A program made the position numbers and the translations under genes. This document shows positions 8,435-11,461 of a stretch of 11,461 nt of DNA, piece after piece; positions within the stretch are counted from its first letter, which is position 1, and the number at the start of each line of letters is the position of its first letter. The notes under the pieces were generated by a model. That model ran no database searches, was not told the DNA's origin, and saw nothing but the letters and a program-made list of their open reading frames with translations. Source of the DNA: a virus (Duplodnaviria; Heunggongvirae; Uroviricota; Caudoviricetes); IMG/VR virus record IMGVR_UViG_2565956612_000010, one strand, 5' to 3'.

Positions 8435-8923
8435 ATGATGATGATCTACGGCATGTTTGTTTTTGAGCTGCGCACGCTGCCGCATCAGCAGTTACAGCAA
8501 AACAAAAGCTGGCGGCATGTGAAAAATGAACGCGTTAACCGTTCAGCAGGCTGGCAGTATATCGGCGCAGGTGATGATCGCATTGTGCTTTCCGGCGTGC
8601 TTTATCCTGAAATTACAGGTGGCGAAGTGTCGCTTTCGTTGCTGACCACGCAGGCATATACAGGACGCCCCTGGCCTCTGATTGATGGTGTCGGGCAGAT
8701 TTACGGCATGTATGTACTGACTGAAACGAATACGACCCGTTCCGAGTTTGATCGCTATGGTAAGGCGAAAAAGATAGAATTTTCACTGACTCTTGAACGC
8801 TGTGATGAGGATTTGCGGGAGCGCCTGCAATCCTCATCGTTCAGCGATATGCTGTCCGGCTTCAAAGATAAAGTGACATCATCTCTTAACAGCGCGGCCA
8901 GCTCCGTTAAAGGGCTGTTTTGA
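8435..8923 (+). CDS. U: Tail protein gpU
   Basis: MMMIYGMFVFELRTLPHQQLQ aligns with the P2 gpU N-terminus (MMMVLGLFVFQLKTLPYQQLQ). SD GAGGAG (8421..8426) lies 8 nt before the ATG at 8435; the track start at 8429 is too close to the SD. Confidence 0.9.
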   Translation: MMMIYGMFVFELRTLPHQQLQQNKSWRHVKNERVNRSAGWQYIGAGDDRIVLSGVLYPEITGGEVSLSLLTTQAYTGRPWPLIDGVGQIYGMYVLTETNTTRSEFDRYGKAKKIEFSLTLERCDEDLRERLQSSSFSDMLSGFKDKVTSSLNSAASSVKGLF

Positions 8924-8930
8924 TTAACGC

Positions 8931-8960
8931 AAAACCGCTAATGGTCAGATTAGCGGTTTT
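8931..8960. terminator. Putative bidirectional intrinsic terminator (12-bp perfect stem AAAACCGCTAAT / ATTAGCGGTTTT, 6-nt loop)
   Basis: Hairpin between convergent U (stop 8923) and the invertase (stop 8950..8952), flanked by T-rich and A-rich runs usable on both strands; the invertase stop codon lies inside the stem. Confidence 0.55.
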
Positions 8961-9549
8961 CATTTTCCTGAGTCTGCCTGGTTGTTTCTTCAGCCTGTAT
9001 ATCGCCTACAGGGTGATAACGATAAATCGTCGATATGCCGATGTCGTAAATGATCGCCAGTTGTTTCCTGTCATGACCGTTTTTAATCAGCCTCGCTATT
9101 TGCTCGTGTTGTTCTTTTGTCAACTTCGGGCGACGTCCGCCAATGCGTCCTTGTGCGCGTGCTGCTGCCAGCCCGGCCAGTGTACGCTCTACAATTAATT
9201 CACGTTCCATTTCGGCTAAAGCCCCCATGACGTGAAAAAAGAAACGCCCCATGGGTGTTGACGTGTCAATGCTGTCCGTCAGACTACGGAAATTAACACC
9301 TTTTTCCCGCAATTCCTCAATAAGCGTGATCAGGTGTTTCATACTTCTGCCCAGTCTGTCCAGCCTCCAGACAACCAGCGTATCTCCTTCTGATAGCGTT
9401 CTGAGCAGTTTTTTCAATCCCGGTCTGGTTGATTTCGTTCCGCTGATTTTATCTTCAAAAATCAGTTCACATCCTGCGCAGTTCAGTGCATTGCGTTGTA
9501 AATCCGTGTTCTGGTCGTTTGTTGACACACGAATATAGCCAATTTGCAT
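8950..9549 (-). CDS. Serine DNA invertase (Hin/Gin/Cin/Pin family)
   Basis: MQIGYIRVSTNDQNTDLQRNAL... has the catalytic Ser in the YIRVST motif, and the LVVWRLDRLGRS and DTSTPMGRFFFHVMGALAEMERELIVERT blocks are near-identical to Hin. Start at ATG 9547..9549 is preceded by SD AGAGGA; the 43-codon N-terminal extension in the track is an artefact. Confidence 0.93.
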   Translation of the reverse strand: MQIGYIRVSTNDQNTDLQRNALNCAGCELIFEDKISGTKSTRPGLKKLLRTLSEGDTLVVWRLDRLGRSMKHLITLIEELREKGVNFRSLTDSIDTSTPMGRFFFHVMGALAEMERELIVERTLAGLAAARAQGRIGGRRPKLTKEQHEQIARLIKNGHDRKQLAIIYDIGISTIYRYHPVGDIQAEETTRQTQENENR

Positions 9550-9603
9550 AAAAAACATCCTCTTTGTTTCGTGAAAAATACAGAGTTGGTATAGGTAGGG
9601 ATA

Positions 9604-9629
9604 AAAACGAAAACGTTGGTTTGGGGGAA
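9604..9629. other. Candidate 26-bp invertase crossover site, left (hix/gix/cix-like), core TT at 9616..9617
   Basis: AAAACGAAAACG-TT-GGTTTGGGGGAA. The inner half-site is the exact reverse complement of the inner half-site of the right-hand site; the ...AAACC-AA-GG... centre resembles hixL. Confidence 0.5.
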
Positions 9630-9838
9630 GGCTCTGCATTGCCTGTTGGTGTACCGGTTCCATGGCCCACCGCCACACCGCCAGCAGGCTGGTTACAGTG
9701 CAACGGAGCTACGTTCACCAAAGAACAATATCCTGTTCTGGCCAGAGCCTACCCGACCCTCCGTCTTCCCGATTTGCGCGGTGAGTTTATCCGTGGATGG
9801 GACGACGGGCGCAAGATTGACGAGGGGCGTAAGTTGCT
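9616..9838. repeat. Inverted repeat, left copy (about 220 bp), encoding the shared N-terminal part of the fibre-tip cassettes
   Basis: Aligned by eye to the reverse complement of 11010..11232; includes a 94-bp perfectly identical core at 9721..9814. Both copies encode GLGEGSALPVGVPVPWPTATPPAGWL...RGEFIRGWDDGRK. Confidence 0.85.
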
Positions 9839-10094
9839 TTCATGGCAGAAAGGTACACTGGTCGGCGGTCATGACGATAACGATTCTGCGCTTGATATCT
9901 CGTACATGAGTAACGGAAATAATATTGACTATGGCGGCGATAAGGTGTTTGCGGGGAATTACCGTAGCGATTATTTGTGGTACGCAATGCTGGGTGGAAC
10001 AAACAGTCGCGCAAAAGCCGAATTAAACGGAGCATTCTTTAACATAACCCGCCCCCGCAATATCGCGTTTAACTATATCGTGAGGGCGGCGTGA
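9618..10094 (+). CDS. Silent alternative tail-fibre C-terminal cassette (start-less; expressed only after inversion fuses it to H)
   Basis: Frame is open from the crossover core to a stop at 10092..10094; there is no ATG or SD, and the track 'start' at 9564 is TTG inside the invertase leader. The encoded tip shares the IR-encoded N-terminal block and the C-terminal RPR-IA-NYIVRA motif with the H tip but differs in between. Confidence 0.75.
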   Translation, partial: GLGEGSALPVGVPVPWPTATPPAGWLQCNGATFTKEQYPVLARAYPTLRLPDLRGEFIRGWDDGRKIDEGRKLLSWQKGTLVGGHDDNDSALDISYMSNGNNIDYGGDKVFAGNYRSDYLWYAMLGGTNSRAKAELNGAFFNITRPRNIAFNYIVRAA

Positions 10095-10100
10095 TACCGT

Positions 10101-10715
10101 TCAACTGGCAAGTGCCAGTGGCGCTTCCGGCCAGCTGATTTCAGGTGCCTTGCTGATATCCAGTGCGTTCAGCTCGTCGATATAATCCAGCACGGCGTTC
10201 AGTTTTGCCGTTTCTTCTGGTTTCAGACTGCGACCTGCCCGCAGTTTGAGGTTGATGGGGTCGATGGACTTCATCGCCTGATCCACCCGTTTCTGGCGTT
10301 GCAGTCTGGCAGTCTCCAGTTCTGCGGCTCGCTGCCGTTCAGTATCGGTTACCCACGCCTCACCGTTCCAGGTATCCCATGGCGTGGCTGGCTGTTTTGT
10401 GGTGGTGTCCGCCGGGTAATCACCCGGTTGGGTAATCAGAACAGGGTTACCGTTCTCCGTGCTGTATACCGTCTCGCCGCGGTGATCAGGCACATGCTCC
10501 CACCCGTTCAGCGTGGCAGTCCGGCAAACCACGTAACCCGAAATTGCCTCCGGCGGTGCATCGGCGCACGAATGTGCCGGAGTACCCACCCCAAGGGCGA
10601 GATACTCCACAGAGGATGAGGTGTATTCCCGGGTTTCCTCGTCATAGTGATATACAGTGATATCGCCCGCTACAGTGGCGATACCGTTTTCATCCAGAAC
10701 TGCAGTGTTACTCAT
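10101..10715 (-). CDS. Tail fibre assembly chaperone (Tfa, P2 gpG / Mu U-like)
   Basis: 204-aa ORF directly downstream of H with stop/start overlap TAATG at 10713..10717; composition and position are typical of Tfa proteins. Confidence 0.85.
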   Translation of the reverse strand: MSNTAVLDENGIATVAGDITVYHYDEETREYTSSSVEYLALGVGTPAHSCADAPPEAISGYVVCRTATLNGWEHVPDHRGETVYSTENGNPVLITQPGDYPADTTTKQPATPWDTWNGEAWVTDTERQRAAELETARLQRQKRVDQAMKSIDPINLKLRAGRSLKPEETAKLNAVLDYIDELNALDISKAPEISWPEAPLALAS

Positions 10716-11461
10716 TAAACTGCCCTCACAATGTAATTAAGTGCAATGCTACGGGGTCTGACAGTGATACCCTTCGCATACCCGCTTCTGATAGAGGTCA
10801 GAATAGTAGCCTGCATACCATTGTCTGACATTGTTATGACAGGATCGCTGAATGTTGTCCCGTCCGGCATTTTAAAGCTGCCCTCACGAAGGTCTGTAAT
10901 GGAATCTTCATTGTTGAATCCCATGCCGACTATCCCCGAGGTTCCCGTAGTGTCCTGGTTATAATAATCCAGCATTGCTGTTCTTAACAGCGTTGCCCCT
11001 TGTGCGGACAGCAACTTACGTCCTGTATCAACTTTGCGCCCGTCGTCCCATCCACGGATAAACTCACCGCGCAAATCGGGAAGACGGAGGGTCGGGTAGG
11101 CTCTGGCCAGAACAGGATATTGTTCTTTTGCAAAGGTGCGCCCGTCGCACTTTAACCAGCCTGCTGGCGGTGTGGCGGTGGGCCATGGAACAGGCACACC
11201 AACAGGCAGTGCAGAGCCTTCCCCCAAACCAAGGTAATTGAGGACATCTTTTATACTGCCCTTAGCGATAATAGCGCGACCAATAGCTGTAAGGGTTGCC
11301 AGCGCTGCGCGGTCTGCTCCGGTAAAATAAGGCAACCGATCTGCTGCAGTGGCAAGTCCTGCCAGAGCAGTGAGCGTGGCATCTGCCGGTTGTTTTCCGT
11401 TTGCCAGATCGTATGCAGCCTTGACCGCTTTCGGTGTGGCGGCCAGTATTTCAGACGTGCT
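10715..11461 (-). CDS. H: Tail fibre protein H, 3' portion (N-terminus beyond the window end)
   Basis: The reading frame stays open to the window edge (...STSEILAATPKAVKAAYDLANGKQPADATLTALAGLATAADRLPYFTGADR...); the track start at 11335 is TTG and artefactual. The C-terminal tip lies inside the invertible segment. Confidence 0.88.
   Translation of the reverse strand, partial: STSEILAATPKAVKAAYDLANGKQPADATLTALAGLATAADRLPYFTGADRAALATLTAIGRAIIAKGSIKDVLNYLGLGEGSALPVGVPVPWPTATPPAGWLKCDGRTFAKEQYPVLARAYPTLRLPDLRGEFIRGWDDGRKVDTGRKLLSAQGATLLRTAMLDYYNQDTTGTSGIVGMGFNNEDSITDLREGSFKMPDGTTFSDPVITMSDNGMQATILTSIRSGYAKGITVRPRSIALNYIVRAV
11010..11232. repeat. Inverted repeat, right copy (within H)
   Basis: Reverse complement aligns with 9616..9838; perfectly identical core at about 11034..11127. 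Confidence 0.85.
11219..11244. other. Candidate 26-bp invertase crossover site, right, core AA at 11231..11232
   Basis: TTCCCCCAAACC-AA-GGTAATTGAGGA. The inner half is identical to the reverse complement of the left site's inner half; the outer half belongs to the constant part of H. Confidence 0.5.

Larger units (their letters stand above)
9618..11230. other. Invertible tail-fibre DNA segment (about 1.6 kb), host-range switch analogous to Mu G, P1 C and e14 P segments
   Basis: Bounded by the two crossover-like sites and inverted repeats, directly adjacent to the invertase gene; contains the silent tip cassette, the chaperone gene and the expressed H tip. Confidence 0.7.

Noticed and set aside
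8924-8960. U/invertase hairpin as a third hix-like recombination site
   Set aside because: The AAAACC and GGTTTT arms are separated by 18 nt rather than a 2-bp core and form a perfect hairpin; terminator is the simpler reading. The resemblance is noted in the synteny finding only.
9564-9617. 'Start' of track ORF 9564..10094 (MFREKYRVGIGRDKNENV)
   Set aside because: The first codon is TTG inside the invertase ribosome-binding region, with no SD; the cassette is better explained as a start-less exon activated by inversion.
9550-9678. N-terminal extension of the invertase ORF (MWRWAMEPVHQQ...)
   Set aside because: The invertase family begins at MQIGYIRVST with a strong SD directly upstream; the extension runs across the crossover site and tip cassette in antisense.
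11333-11335. Start codon of track ORF 10715..11335
   Set aside because: It is TTG and the frame stays open upstream to the window edge; the tail-fibre gene continues beyond 11461.
1-11461. CRISPR arrays, tRNA or rRNA genes, insertion sequences
   Set aside because: No short direct repeats with regular spacers, no tRNA-like structure and no transposase-like ORF or terminal inverted repeats were seen; the only long repeats are the fibre-cassette inverted repeats.

Overview
This window is the tail module of a P2-like (Peduoviridae-type) myovirus prophage, plus several accessory elements. All calls rest on reading the supplied translations and sequence by eye; no database search was possible. On the + strand are tail sheath FI, tail tube FII, chaperone E with its -1 frameshift extension E', tape measure T and tail protein U. 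On the - strand are a Hok-family type I toxin, an Ogr-like zinc-finger late activator, tail protein D, a Hin/Gin/Cin-type serine DNA invertase, a tail-fibre assembly chaperone and the 3' part of tail-fibre gene H. Three things go beyond a standard P2 tail cluster. First, and the best candidate for an undescribed system, a very AT-rich 386-aa orphan ORF (794..1954) sits antisense between ogr and D; I read it as a horizontally acquired moron and possible anti-phage defence gene, but its family is unassigned. Second, an invertase-driven invertible tail-fibre segment (about 9618..11230) carries 26-bp hix/gix-like crossover sites, roughly 220-bp in-frame inverted repeats and a silent alternative fibre-tip cassette, yet only one chaperone gene. 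Third, the FI-to-U block is inverted relative to D and H/G compared with canonical P2 gene order. No tRNA, rRNA or CRISPR array was seen.
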